Source: a virus
Lineage: Duplodnaviria > Caudoviricetes
DNA: 54,320 bases
IMG/VR virus record: IMGVR_UViG_3300037041_002188
Coordinates: 1-54,320 of that record
Strand: one strand, 5' to 3'
The notes beneath the pieces were generated by a model. The model saw nothing but the letters and a program-made list of their open reading frames with translations. It ran no database searches and was not told the DNA's origin. Position 1 is the stretch's first letter; each line of letters starts with the position of its first letter. The position numbers were made by a program, and so were the translations under genes. This document shows positions 38,864 through 48,657 of the stretch, one piece after another.

Positions 38864-39035
38864 TTTATGTCTTTATATTATAAACAATAACATTTGATGT
38901 TTTATTATATTTTAGGCATAATGTCAATTTGGTTTTGTGGGCAAGGTCTGGTGAAAGAATATTAGCACTACTTGGAAAATATTTTCTTAAATGATATTTT
39001 TTGCCGTTAGGTAATTTTATTTTTAGGAGTATGTA

Positions 39036-39392
39036 ATGGATAAAGAATTTTTGATAAAAGATATGGCAAACATAATCACAACATGGGCCTATCGTAATTC
39101 AAGTATAGAATCTTTACATAGCGGCACATTTCCTACCTCGAAGGTTGGGGATTTTTCAGATGTTAAAGTAGTCTCTCCCTTTGGAGAGATTCCGTGGAAT
39201 TCGTTAAGTAGGATATCTGATGAAGAGATGAAGAAATTGAATAAGGAGATACATAATAGAATATACACATTTCTTCATCAGATTTTTATAAAAAATGATC
39301 CCTTTTCCATAGGGAGACTATCTGCATCATCTGAATGGGAAGAGCCTACCATCGATGCAGAACTTTTTAACTACTTGAATAAAAAAACGTAG
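39036..39392 (+). CDS. Conserved hypothetical protein
   Basis: SD AGGAG; RN..IE.LH.G and SRISDEEMK motifs. Confidence 0.7.
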   Translation: MDKEFLIKDMANIITTWAYRNSSIESLHSGTFPTSKVGDFSDVKVVSPFGEIPWNSLSRISDEEMKKLNKEIHNRIYTFLHQIFIKNDPFSIGRLSASSEWEEPTIDAELFNYLNKKT

Positions 39393-39404
39393 ACGAAAGT
39401 AGAT

Positions 39405-40346
39405 ATGTCACCGATAGGTATTGAAAATTTCCTAATTGAATTAGGCACTAAATCAAAAGATGATCTTCAGTTACTCTATGATGCTGCCATCCTATCCAGT
39501 AGAAAACAATATAATACTAGCAGTGGGGCAAAATCGTTATGCCTCTCGAAAGGGTATAGCTCTAGCAAAGAAGATTTACAAAAGGTTAGGCTGTTTTTAT
39601 TTGGTGTCGGTGTCGTTTTGAAAGTAGGTGACCGGCAGTGTGTTGACCCTAGTACCAAACAAAAAAAATCCAAAAGACAAAGAGAACTCAGATCCCTTGA
39701 AACTGATGGCATCCGAGTAGCTAAGATAACCCACACAATCGCAAATAAATCTAAAGATGAGATGGAGAGAATTCGAACTAAACAAAAAAAATCCTTAAAA
39801 GAAACTTTGTCAATCAAAATGGCTGACAAGTCTACTTGGGATTCTAACCAAAATCAGTATCAGCATAAAGCTAAACTAGCACGAGCTTCTATGACTCAAG
39901 AGGACCATGAGAGAAGTATTGCAAAGTGGAAAGAAACCTACTGGGCTAAATCAGATGAAGAGAGACATAGCATTTTTATCAAAAAAGAAAAGTCTAACAA
40001 CATTGGTTTCTGGTTAGATGGTATCTGGTTCGGTTCTGGTTTCGAATTGAACATGTTTATTTTCCTCACTAGGTTAGGTATCAAATTTGTTTTCCAAGGG
40101 CTTACCTGTAATTTAAATGGCTATACATGGCACCCAGACTTCTACCTTCCTGACCATAATTTGATACTGGAAGTTAAAGGAGCACACCTTAAATCTAAAA
40201 AGTATTGGTTAGAGAAAACCTTGCCAAAGATACAAGAAGTAAAATTGTGGAACACATATGCTATAAGAGTATGTTGGGAAAGAAAAATTAAAGTTGAAAC
40301 TCTAGCTGAGTTGTTAGACTTGTGCGAAGTGGTGGGGATTGAGTAA
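39405..40346 (+). CDS. Putative homing endonuclease with C-terminal PD-(D/E)XK domain
   Basis: S.FE...WHPDFYLPDHNLILEVKG preceded by basic helical repeats. Confidence 0.7.
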   Translation: MSPIGIENFLIELGTKSKDDLQLLYDAAILSSRKQYNTSSGAKSLCLSKGYSSSKEDLQKVRLFLFGVGVVLKVGDRQCVDPSTKQKKSKRQRELRSLETDGIRVAKITHTIANKSKDEMERIRTKQKKSLKETLSIKMADKSTWDSNQNQYQHKAKLARASMTQEDHERSIAKWKETYWAKSDEERHSIFIKKEKSNNIGFWLDGIWFGSGFELNMFIFLTRLGIKFVFQGLTCNLNGYTWHPDFYLPDHNLILEVKGAHLKSKKYWLEKTLPKIQEVKLWNTYAIRVCWERKIKVETLAELLDLCEVVGIE

Positions 40347-41970
40347 CACAGGCACACGTATTGTCTCTAAACCATCTATATTGACGGGTATGTGTTTTCC
40401 CATGTTCACATATCGCTATTAACTTGCTATCCTTATTTTGGTATTCTCCTGATACATATACCCATCCATTGCTTGATAGTCGTTCTTTAAAGGCATCAAA
40501 TTTATTTGAAAGCCCTTCACATGCTGGACAATTTGGGAACTGTCTAATCCTTTCACACGTTCTTTTAAATAGGTGTCCTTTACTGCACGTTATAACTAAT
40601 TCTTTATGCTTTCGAGGGTTTATATATTCTTCAAAAGTAGATATCAAAACCATGTGACGAGATTCTATAATTTGTTTATATGAGTCGTAGGTTTTCCAAC
40701 TGCCATCAGGCATCTTCTTTTTAGGGCGTGGGGTTTTTGTTCTATTAAGAACAGAGTCATAATAATTTTTGTATATCTCCTCAATGTCTAGTAAGCCATT
40801 ATAGTACGCATTTTTCCCATCAAATTCTTTTTTGTAATGCTCACCGCAAAGATAGGTATCGCTATCAGGGTTCTTAATCCATTTTGTACTTTCATGTACG
40901 CCGCAGACAGCACACACTTTTTCACAATTTTGTGTGTTGAAGATTCTTATTTTTTGGATAGCATTTGCAATAGCTAACATTTCCTCAAAACTAAAAATAT
41001 CAGCTTTAATTTTATTGCACACAGGGCAACATGGCACACAGTTATCAAAATGGTAGTCAATTTTGTTATCTAGTCGATCTAACCCAGAAGGTATGCCCCC
41101 ACAATAGAAACAAGATGTTTTTAGTAGAACCTCAAAATCTTTTCTCTCTATCGAGATTTCAATACCACGGATTCGATTGGTAGCTACAAAGTGTGTGAAT
41201 TTTTCACTAGGGGTTAGTTTAGGTACTGTTGGATTTAAACTAAATTCGATTTTGTCGGGGATTACTTTATATAGGTGGTATTTTTTTAATGCTAGTACAG
41301 CAAAGAAAGTTTCTTCTTCGGTAAGGTACACACCTTTTAGATAATTACAAATATGGCAACATGGTACAGAGTTCTCATTATCATAGGCTCTTGTGTTATT
41401 ATCAAGCCTATCAAGACAGGTTCCAGTTTCTTCTAGCTCTCTACCACAGTAATGACATGGCTGACTTCTTTTTAATTTATATTCTTCGAGGGTGAGCAAA
41501 ACCTGTGCATTTCTTCTTTTGGCGTTGGACTTTAAGTAAGAAAATTGGTTTTCTACATACGTTCGGCTTAGTTTGTTAGTTTCTTTGTATGCTGCTTCAT
41601 TATTTTTATAATGCTCTGCGTGGTACTTTTTATTATCTTCTCTTATTTTTTCGACATTTTTATTATTGTACCGTTGTTTAGCTTCTTTTGCTTTTTGTTT
41701 TTCTTCTTCAGTCCATTCACTACGTGGCTTTCTTTTTCTGACATAACCTTCAGAACGTCTTTTTTTATCCGCTTCTTTGTTTCTTTCATTTACAGCGTTT
41801 CGGTACTCTACATCTTCCTGATATTTCTTTTTTCGGGCTTCATTAACATCTTCTTTATTTTTTTCATGGTATTGTTTCAAATATGTTTTTTTACATATCT
41901 GACCCTTTGGCGTGTTGTACCATTTTGGTGAATCGTGCATCGTGTTGCAGATTGTGCAAAAATTTTCCAT
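40288..41970 (-). CDS. Multi-zinc-finger double HNH-like endonuclease
   Basis: Two C.YCG...LDRLDN...N.VPCC..CN..K units plus CxxC ribbons and CSKGH/CEHG modules. Confidence 0.7.
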   Translation of the reverse strand: MENFCTICNTMHDSPKWYNTPKGQICKKTYLKQYHEKNKEDVNEARKKKYQEDVEYRNAVNERNKEADKKRRSEGYVRKRKPRSEWTEEEKQKAKEAKQRYNNKNVEKIREDNKKYHAEHYKNNEAAYKETNKLSRTYVENQFSYLKSNAKRRNAQVLLTLEEYKLKRSQPCHYCGRELEETGTCLDRLDNNTRAYDNENSVPCCHICNYLKGVYLTEEETFFAVLALKKYHLYKVIPDKIEFSLNPTVPKLTPSEKFTHFVATNRIRGIEISIERKDFEVLLKTSCFYCGGIPSGLDRLDNKIDYHFDNCVPCCPVCNKIKADIFSFEEMLAIANAIQKIRIFNTQNCEKVCAVCGVHESTKWIKNPDSDTYLCGEHYKKEFDGKNAYYNGLLDIEEIYKNYYDSVLNRTKTPRPKKKMPDGSWKTYDSYKQIIESRHMVLISTFEEYINPRKHKELVITCSKGHLFKRTCERIRQFPNCPACEGLSNKFDAFKERLSSNGWVYVSGEYQNKDSKLIAICEHGKTHTRQYRWFRDNTCACVTQSPPLRTSLTTQLEFQL

Positions 41971-42038
41971 ATCCTAATGCCTTTATTCTCCGTTAGCTTT
42001 CAAACAGTAATATATGGGAAATTATAGGGAATGGAAAG

Positions 42039-42066
42039 AAAAAACCCACCTTATAAAGATGGGTCT
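42039..42066 (-). terminator. Intrinsic terminator after the major capsid gene
   Basis: Minus strand ACCCATCTTTATAAGGTGGGT-TTTTT. Confidence 0.7.
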
Positions 42067-42095
42067 AACATTAGTTTGATAATGTTGTAGGCTTT

Positions 42096-43214
42096 TTAGA
42101 ACTTGCGACCTTTTACGATTGCTCTTGGATTAACTATACACATGCCTTCAATTTGTTCGAGAAAGAACCCTCGTTCTGGGCGACCTAGAAGGTGTAGATT
42201 GATCGGTGCTGTTGCAAGATCTTTTCTACGAGTAATAGCACCGAGGTTCGGTGGTGCGCCTAAGAAATATACTTCACCCGGATCAAGAACCTTTAATGTT
42301 TCGTATCTGAAACCGTCGGTATGAATTTGGGTTCCTAAAATATTTCCAAGGTAACCATTCGATACGATCTCATGCTTAGAGACCGGATCAAACCAAGTGC
42401 TAAACTCTGTGTCTGCAATGATATCTGGCCACAGGTCGAAAGCAATAATCGCCATGTGAACAGGAATGCCCCAACGCATTACTTGGTTCTGCATACTTGC
42501 ATATACAGTAGGAGTAAATGTGTTGAAAAGGAAACTGTCATTGTACACTGTGTGAGAAGCATCAACTAAACGCTTCCAAACAAGGTCTTGCTGACGTTGA
42601 ATTTGCTCAAGGCCATCTTGAAACTTGTCGTCAAGTAAGTCACCACTTGCTTGCTCAATTTCAGCATCCTCAATCAAAATACGACCTACAAGGTAATACT
42701 CAGGTGGGTAAACATAAAATTGACGAACTTGTGAAGCAACAACTTCTGGGTTACGTGTAGCGAAGAAAGCGATAACATCTTTTTTACGAATTCTGATGCG
42801 ACCAACTTCACCTTTAGAGAGAGGTTTGTGAATAAGAGTCTTAGCTGCGAAAGCCTCACGACCCATAGTTTCAAAAACTTCATCACCAATTACTTCACCA
42901 AGAGCTTGCCATGCTTGACCGTCTTTGTCTTGAACAGCAGCAGTTACCAACTCAGAACGTCTTTGCAGAATTTCTGTTTGATTAACCATTTGCTTTTCGT
43001 ACTGACCACCGGTTACTGCTTTTTGAAGAGCAGAAATAGCATTGATAAGTTCTTTTTTAGAACCAGCGTTGATGTCACCTTCATTGCTTGATAGACGGGA
43101 ATTAGCATAAGCTAACTTTCCGCTTCGGGTGAAGTATGGCGTAGGGCCATCACCCATTTCGTTTTGGGTCTTTGCATGGACCCAAACCTTTTTACCTGTA
43201 TATGGATTACTCAT
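42096..43214 (-). CDS. Major capsid protein (HK97 fold)
   Basis: 372 aa with high-expression-like codon usage and its own terminator; spine-helix pattern DLLDDKFQDGLEQIQRQQD, GYLGNILG, C-terminal G..IVNPRAIVKG typical of HK97-fold capsids. Confidence 0.8.
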   Translation of the reverse strand: MSNPYTGKKVWVHAKTQNEMGDGPTPYFTRSGKLAYANSRLSSNEGDINAGSKKELINAISALQKAVTGGQYEKQMVNQTEILQRRSELVTAAVQDKDGQAWQALGEVIGDEVFETMGREAFAAKTLIHKPLSKGEVGRIRIRKKDVIAFFATRNPEVVASQVRQFYVYPPEYYLVGRILIEDAEIEQASGDLLDDKFQDGLEQIQRQQDLVWKRLVDASHTVYNDSFLFNTFTPTVYASMQNQVMRWGIPVHMAIIAFDLWPDIIADTEFSTWFDPVSKHEIVSNGYLGNILGTQIHTDGFRYETLKVLDPGEVYFLGAPPNLGAITRRKDLATAPINLHLLGRPERGFFLEQIEGMCIVNPRAIVKGRKF

Positions 43215-43531
43215 TGTAATTAACCTTTATTTATACATTTATAGTTTATTGCTCTATTACTGTTATAGTCTTTCGGGCTTATTCATTTTTAATATGACTG
43301 CAAAATATAGACTGTGGTGGTCATGCCCTCATGAACCGTTAGTATTAATATAAGAGTGTTTTCATTTTTTTTATTTTTAGGGTTATGTTGTGTATGTAAG
43401 GGAGCAACACAGAGAGTTTGATTATTGTATTAGTTTTAATAAAATAATTTGACGCAAACTATATAGATGCTGTAGAGAAATTTCATTTTCGAGGTTATAG
43501 TTGTCTTATAATGTTTTTGTGAGGTAAATAT

Positions 43532-43834
43532 ATGGATACTAAAAAGGGCCGAGACTATAAGGGATATTCAAAAAAGGGGTTACTTATGGGTGTACTAAGT
43601 AGGCTGGTTGAAGCTGATACAAATCCTGCTATAGACAAATTTGTTCAGGAGCAATTTGAGCAATTGATGAAAAGTCCAAAGTTCCACGAGTTAATTGAAA
43701 GAGTTTCGTATCAGAGTGACATGCCAAAGGACAAGGCATTAAAAACTGTAATGGAGAAGATCGCTAGTCATGCCGATGATATTAAAAAATCTAAAAAGAA
43801 ATCAGCCGCACAGTTGGAGTTAATACTTCGCTAA
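43532..43834 (+). CDS. Hypothetical protein (alternative start 43586, MGVLSRLVEAD)
   Basis: Two SD-preceded ATGs. Confidence 0.6.
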   Translation: MDTKKGRDYKGYSKKGLLMGVLSRLVEADTNPAIDKFVQEQFEQLMKSPKFHELIERVSYQSDMPKDKALKTVMEKIASHADDIKKSKKKSAAQLELILR

Positions 43835-44485
43835 TTTGGGATGATTGCAATAAATTATCTCCCCTACCTTTAATAGAACATCTGGATCAAAATAGTAATT
43901 GTTAGCAATTTGTCTAGGGATGAAGTTCGAGTTATCTACAACATCTTTAAACACATTATATACCATCTCAGTACAGTAGATCTCATTTACGCTATTATCT
44001 AATCTTTCTTCCCAATCATACTTGATTTGACCTGCTCTGTTTTTGAGATCCTCAATTCTTGTCTGAATTGTTTCATCACTACTAGGCTTAACAGGGATCT
44101 TTACAATAGCTAAGTAGTCTACTTCTTTTAGGTGGGCCAGTAGAGATTGGTATTGGAACCCTGCGTGGTTAACATGCATAGCTTTGGTGTTCCTATCCCC
44201 ATCCAAAAACACAAGCCCACCGTGGCTAAAAAACCCCTCTTGGTTGTGTGTAGTGCGTACAAGTAGTTTAATCATGAGAGATGAGAGTGTACGACTATCT
44301 GTGGATATGAATGCATAGTACTGGTTAGGCTCAAGCCTATCTATAATAGTAAAGTAATCATCAATAGGAAATGCAAGATATCCGAAGGGTCGGATATTAG
44401 TTACCGCACATATCTTTCCCATTTTTTTCCAGAATTTTGTAGTTAGGAACCAATGAACAAATTTCCCTAATAGGTAGTTAAACAT
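43820..44485 (-). CDS. Permuted papain-like (YiiX/YebB-type) enzyme
   Basis: FSHGG precedes IYCTE; shares FL.T.FWK and LKEVD.LAI.K.P with 24007..24639. Confidence 0.75.
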   Translation of the reverse strand: MFNYLLGKFVHWFLTTKFWKKMGKICAVTNIRPFGYLAFPIDDYFTIIDRLEPNQYYAFISTDSRTLSSLMIKLLVRTTHNQEGFFSHGGLVFLDGDRNTKAMHVNHAGFQYQSLLAHLKEVDYLAIVKIPVKPSSDETIQTRIEDLKNRAGQIKYDWEERLDNSVNEIYCTEMVYNVFKDVVDNSNFIPRQIANNYYFDPDVLLKVGEIIYCNHPKLAKY

Positions 44486-44507
44486 GGTTGATCCTTTATT
44501 GATGTTG

Positions 44508-44873
44508 TTAAAAACAACTCAAAACCCTCAACTGACGAATAACATCTCTATATTCATCTACAGTTGAAGGTCTTTCAAAAAAGCACCTTTGGTTTAATTT
44601 TCTAAATAAAATTTGATTGCTTAATACTTGTGCATTGAATTTTTTGGCAATACTATCACAATTTTCAAGGGTAGGTTTCCACGCTAAATCTTGTAGCCAA
44701 AGAATTTTTTTTCTAGATTCTTTGACGGTCGCTTGGGTGTTTACTATTTCATTAAGTGTATATGGTTTACCACGATATATAACGGCATCACCTGTTTGTG
44801 GTGTCCAAAAATTTATTAGATACTTCTCTGCATCTGTCAGGTATATATGTGGCTCGGCTTTCAAATTTTTCAT
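44508..44873 (-). CDS. Hypothetical protein
   Basis: 121 aa; ATGA overlap with the upstream gene. Confidence 0.6.
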   Translation of the reverse strand: MKNLKAEPHIYLTDAEKYLINFWTPQTGDAVIYRGKPYTLNEIVNTQATVKESRKKILWLQDLAWKPTLENCDSIAKKFNAQVLSNQILFRKLNQRCFFERPSTVDEYRDVIRQLRVLSCF

Positions 44874-45661
44874 ACAATAATCTTATTTAAAATTTCTCGC
44901 CATTCGCTTTCTCTCTCTTTCCATAAATCTAACCATGTGACGTTTTCTTTGACTGGCAAATTACATTGAATTTTTGATATGAGGGGTCTACTGGAATCGA
45001 CACCTGCATGTTTTATGATGCACTCCAAGATAAGAGAACCCCATCCATATACCGGGGTACTATCGAGAGGGGCCACATTGTAAAGTGTAGTTTTTGCATA
45101 ATCTATATCGTTCAGATTATCTAATATAATTTTAGCTAACCAATCTGTCGGTGTTGGTGTTATTTGATTTGCTGGTAAAGAAATTTCATTTTTTAAAGAA
45201 TTCTTTTTTAGTTTATAGGGAAAACATTTTTGCGGTTTATGTGTGCCATATAGGCTACCTATTCGATAAATGAAAGTTTTAGGTCTTTGTAATAAAAATA
45301 ATGCCTGTTCCATTGTATCTTTACTCACAGCATACAAGCTCATATTAGCTTCTTTTTCTACAACATAATCTGTAGAAAATGTGTGCAGTGTAGTGCTGCT
45401 GTGTAGATTTTGAGCTAATTCCATAGGTAGTTTTATATGAAGATCAACAAAAGGTATAAAGTTAGCTTTAGCTTGCTCTACAGATCCTGCACCTACTGTT
45501 ACCCATACATGATCGGGTATCTCATCATAGATTGATTGAAGGCTCGTAGGATACCGCCAACCATTGCTTACAGAGAAAATCTTTATATCGTGACCACGTT
45601 TTAATAACTCTGTTGCAATACTATTCCCAAGGTTTCCATTTCCGACTATAACGTGTTTCAT
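44870..45661 (-). CDS. RmlD-like NAD(P)-dependent sugar-nucleotide reductase (SDR)
   Basis: IVGNGNLG, FSTDYV, YAVSK, QITPT. Confidence 0.75.
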   Translation of the reverse strand: MKHVIVGNGNLGNSIATELLKRGHDIKIFSVSNGWRYPTSLQSIYDEIPDHVWVTVGAGSVEQAKANFIPFVDLHIKLPMELAQNLHSSTTLHTFSTDYVVEKEANMSLYAVSKDTMEQALFLLQRPKTFIYRIGSLYGTHKPQKCFPYKLKKNSLKNEISLPANQITPTPTDWLAKIILDNLNDIDYAKTTLYNVAPLDSTPVYGWGSLILECIIKHAGVDSSRPLISKIQCNLPVKENVTWLDLWKERESEWREILNKIIV

Positions 45662-45677
45662 CTTATAACCTCATTGT

Positions 45678-48509
45678 TTAGACAACCGTTTTTAATTTCT
45701 CTTTGATAACCCTAAGTTCTTCTTTGTTAAAATTCCATTTCAAGAGTGATCCCCAACTTAACCCTATTTCGAAATCGACTTCAAGGGGTAAATTAAAATT
45801 GATATCGAAAACCTCTGCCATATAGTCCATAACTCCTGTTGTGAACCAATAATCAGCTTGCTCTAATGCTTCTTCAAGATCATTATATGGGACTTGAAAT
45901 ACACAGGAGTCATGCACAGCATTACAGATCTTCCAGAGTTTATTATAGTCTCGGATATATTTGTTAAAGAGAGCACCACCGCACATACCATAATCACTAG
46001 CTACCCCTTGAATGGGGCTGTTAACACTTTGGCGTAGTGCGGAGCCTATTTCGCCTTTGTAATCAGATGGCACTAGATTGTCTGAAAAATTCCCTTGGGC
46101 ATCCTTAAATAAATTAAATATAGGAAATCTTCTTCTTCTTCCGTTAGCTGTTTCAACATATCCATATTGTTGAGCCATCCGTTCCGTTTTTCTTTTCCAT
46201 TGGGCTATTTGTGGGTATCGTTCATAGAATAGATTAAACCACCTATCTACTTCTTCTATTGATTTATTCATAGACTCTGCGACAGCTTTGATACTGCTAC
46301 CATAAAGGATGGCAAAAATAACAGCTTTACTTATTTGCCTCTCATCTTTAGTTACATTTTCTAGGGGTTTATCAAATACCATACTAGCTGTTTGCTTATG
46401 TATATCTCCATATGTTTCTGCTTTTAACAAAAGTTCTTCACTTGGGTTTAATCTATATTCTTCCATATATTGTTTGCCTTGCTTGATAGCTTTGGCAAGG
46501 TTATCGTCCTGTGCAAGTATCCCCACCCAACGTATCTCATTCGCTTTGTAGTCTAGTTGGACAAGGTAATGACCGGGTAGTGCTCTAAAGATATCTTTAA
46601 TAGATTTCTTAGCTGGTGTATCACTACGAGGTATGTTTTGTAAGTTAGGGTCATCCGAAGATGCTCTACCTGTAACAGTCCCAATTAAATTAAAGTTGGG
46701 TCTTATACAACAATCAGTATTAGAATCTAATGTTTCTTTTTGAGGATCAATTCTATCATATAGAGTAGTGACAAATGTATCATAGAGATGTCTCATACTC
46801 GACCATTCCATATAATGCTTTACTAAAGGGTGGTCTTTATGTGTTTTCTGCCAGTCTTTGTCTACAGAGGCTAATCCTGATTTCCCTATCTTACCTGTCG
46901 GGAGTCCACAGACATTGAAGAAAAGAGCTTGGGGGTGTCCTTGTTTTGAAAAATCAAATACCCATGGTTTTTTACCGAGGATATTCAATCTAGGATTCTT
47001 TTGTGTTAGTAGTAGTTCATTTGCTCTTTGTGCTTCAGGGATATTCTTTAAATCAGCAACAATATCATCAATAGCCTTGAGCATTAAAGAATCTCGTTGA
47101 GTAAGTTTTTTTAGATTATCCTTATCTACATAAAAGCCATTTTGTTCGATATTACTAAATAATAGTATGAGTGGGGTATAATGGTAGTACATCAGATTCA
47201 AAAACTGTCGGATAAAGTTCTGTTCTTTCGCATCCTCAATTAAAGACAACCCTAATCTCTTTGTTACGATGGTATCCATACCACCGTACTCAGCTAGTTG
47301 TTGTAAGTCCAATTGATAAAGATTTCCCTCACTTCGTACATCAAGTATTCCTTTATTATATCCATCGAAATTCAGGTAGTCTAAAGCAAGTTGTTTCAAA
47401 CTAAAAATGCCGTATTTAAAATCAGCGACTCTCTCAGCCCTGTTTTCATCTAACATAAAAGCACCTACCATGGTATCAAACATAGGTGCAGATAGGAGAG
47501 GGGTACCTATAACAGATGAAAGAACATTGCATTCAAATTTAAGGTTGTGACCTATCCAAGATCTAATTTTATTTGGGTGTCTAAATAGGTCATAGAGATG
47601 TGTTCGCAATATTTCGATTTCATCTGGCAGAAAAGGGCTATCTTTATGGTTATACGGGATAACAGTGCTGCTGTTAAGCGTTTCACTAAACTGAAGTGTT
47701 GCTATTTTATTACCGTATCGTTTGTTTAGGTTATGTGTTTCAATGTCAAATGAAATATCATTGTGTGTATTTTTCAGGGATTCAATATACTCGATGGCTT
47801 CATTGAGATTCTTTACTACGTAAATTTGGCTTGCTAGGTTGTTGTCAGGTTCAAAAATTTTATTTGATAAAACCGCTTTTAATTGTTTTTGCCAACTTTT
47901 TTTACTTGATGGATTTTTTAACACAGAGGTTATGCTCGGTAGAAATCTTACCGTACATCCTGAGTAATCTCGATAAGAGTTTTGAAGTTGGAGCATACTC
48001 TTTTTTTCATTTGGTATGAGGGCTTCTTTTACAGCATTCCCTAAAAATATTAAAAGTTTAGGCCGTAGTTTTTGGATGTCATTATTTAGAAATTTCAGAC
48101 AATTTTCTAAAATGGATTTTTTTTGTGGGTGATTATTTAGTGGTTGAGATTTTAACCAACGTAATTCCTTCTCAGGAAGGTTTTTAACTAATGTATCTGG
48201 CTGGTTTGCATAATATTTTGACTTACTTAAATCAACAGGCCAACCTCGTACAAGGTAGGTATAGGCAATGCTTTTGTCTGGACATACTTCTTGAAGAACA
48301 TCATCCAGTAATTTTTTTTCAGGGCCAATAAATGCTAAGGGGTTTAACATTTCTTTACTCGAAGGAGAGTCTGAAATAAACATCACATCCACAGGGTCGG
48401 CAGTAGTATGAAAAATACTTCTGTCAATTCTTGTTGCTGTTCGATTACATGAATTATTTAACGGGCAGTTGTATATGTCACAATGAACATATGATCTTTC
48501 CAGAACCAT
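45678..48509 (-). CDS. polA: Family A DNA polymerase with N-terminal UDG-like domain and 3'-5' exonuclease
   Basis: Exo FDIET, GHNLKFE, FDTM; TVTGRASSDDPNLQNIP; motif A LDYKANEIR; motif B RQISKAVIFAILYG; NSPIQG; motif C VHDS. Confidence 0.93.
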   Translation of the reverse strand: MVLERSYVHCDIYNCPLNNSCNRTATRIDRSIFHTTADPVDVMFISDSPSSKEMLNPLAFIGPEKKLLDDVLQEVCPDKSIAYTYLVRGWPVDLSKSKYYANQPDTLVKNLPEKELRWLKSQPLNNHPQKKSILENCLKFLNNDIQKLRPKLLIFLGNAVKEALIPNEKKSMLQLQNSYRDYSGCTVRFLPSITSVLKNPSSKKSWQKQLKAVLSNKIFEPDNNLASQIYVVKNLNEAIEYIESLKNTHNDISFDIETHNLNKRYGNKIATLQFSETLNSSTVIPYNHKDSPFLPDEIEILRTHLYDLFRHPNKIRSWIGHNLKFECNVLSSVIGTPLLSAPMFDTMVGAFMLDENRAERVADFKYGIFSLKQLALDYLNFDGYNKGILDVRSEGNLYQLDLQQLAEYGGMDTIVTKRLGLSLIEDAKEQNFIRQFLNLMYYHYTPLILLFSNIEQNGFYVDKDNLKKLTQRDSLMLKAIDDIVADLKNIPEAQRANELLLTQKNPRLNILGKKPWVFDFSKQGHPQALFFNVCGLPTGKIGKSGLASVDKDWQKTHKDHPLVKHYMEWSSMRHLYDTFVTTLYDRIDPQKETLDSNTDCCIRPNFNLIGTVTGRASSDDPNLQNIPRSDTPAKKSIKDIFRALPGHYLVQLDYKANEIRWVGILAQDDNLAKAIKQGKQYMEEYRLNPSEELLLKAETYGDIHKQTASMVFDKPLENVTKDERQISKAVIFAILYGSSIKAVAESMNKSIEEVDRWFNLFYERYPQIAQWKRKTERMAQQYGYVETANGRRRRFPIFNLFKDAQGNFSDNLVPSDYKGEIGSALRQSVNSPIQGVASDYGMCGGALFNKYIRDYNKLWKICNAVHDSCVFQVPYNDLEEALEQADYWFTTGVMDYMAEVFDINFNLPLEVDFEIGLSWGSLLKWNFNKEELRVIKEKLKTVV

Positions 48510-48657
48510 ATAGCATCCCTGTATTCAAGTTTAAAGCTAACTTAGATTACCATTCTTTCTCACAAAAAAACAAAAAAATCAAAATCATTATTATTTTAAT
48601 AGCATCGAGGTCATGAAGGTGGATGACCTAGTCAGTTCTCGATCCACGATTTTTTGA

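Noticed and set aside
38880-38930. Sigma70 promoter for ibrA (TTGACA...TATAAT on the minus strand)
   Set aside because: The perfect hexamers are only 12 nt apart and the region is extremely AT-rich, so it cannot be called confidently.
39405-41970. Group I intron housing the endonuclease genes
   Set aside because: Flanking genes appear complete and there is little non-coding space for a ribozyme core.
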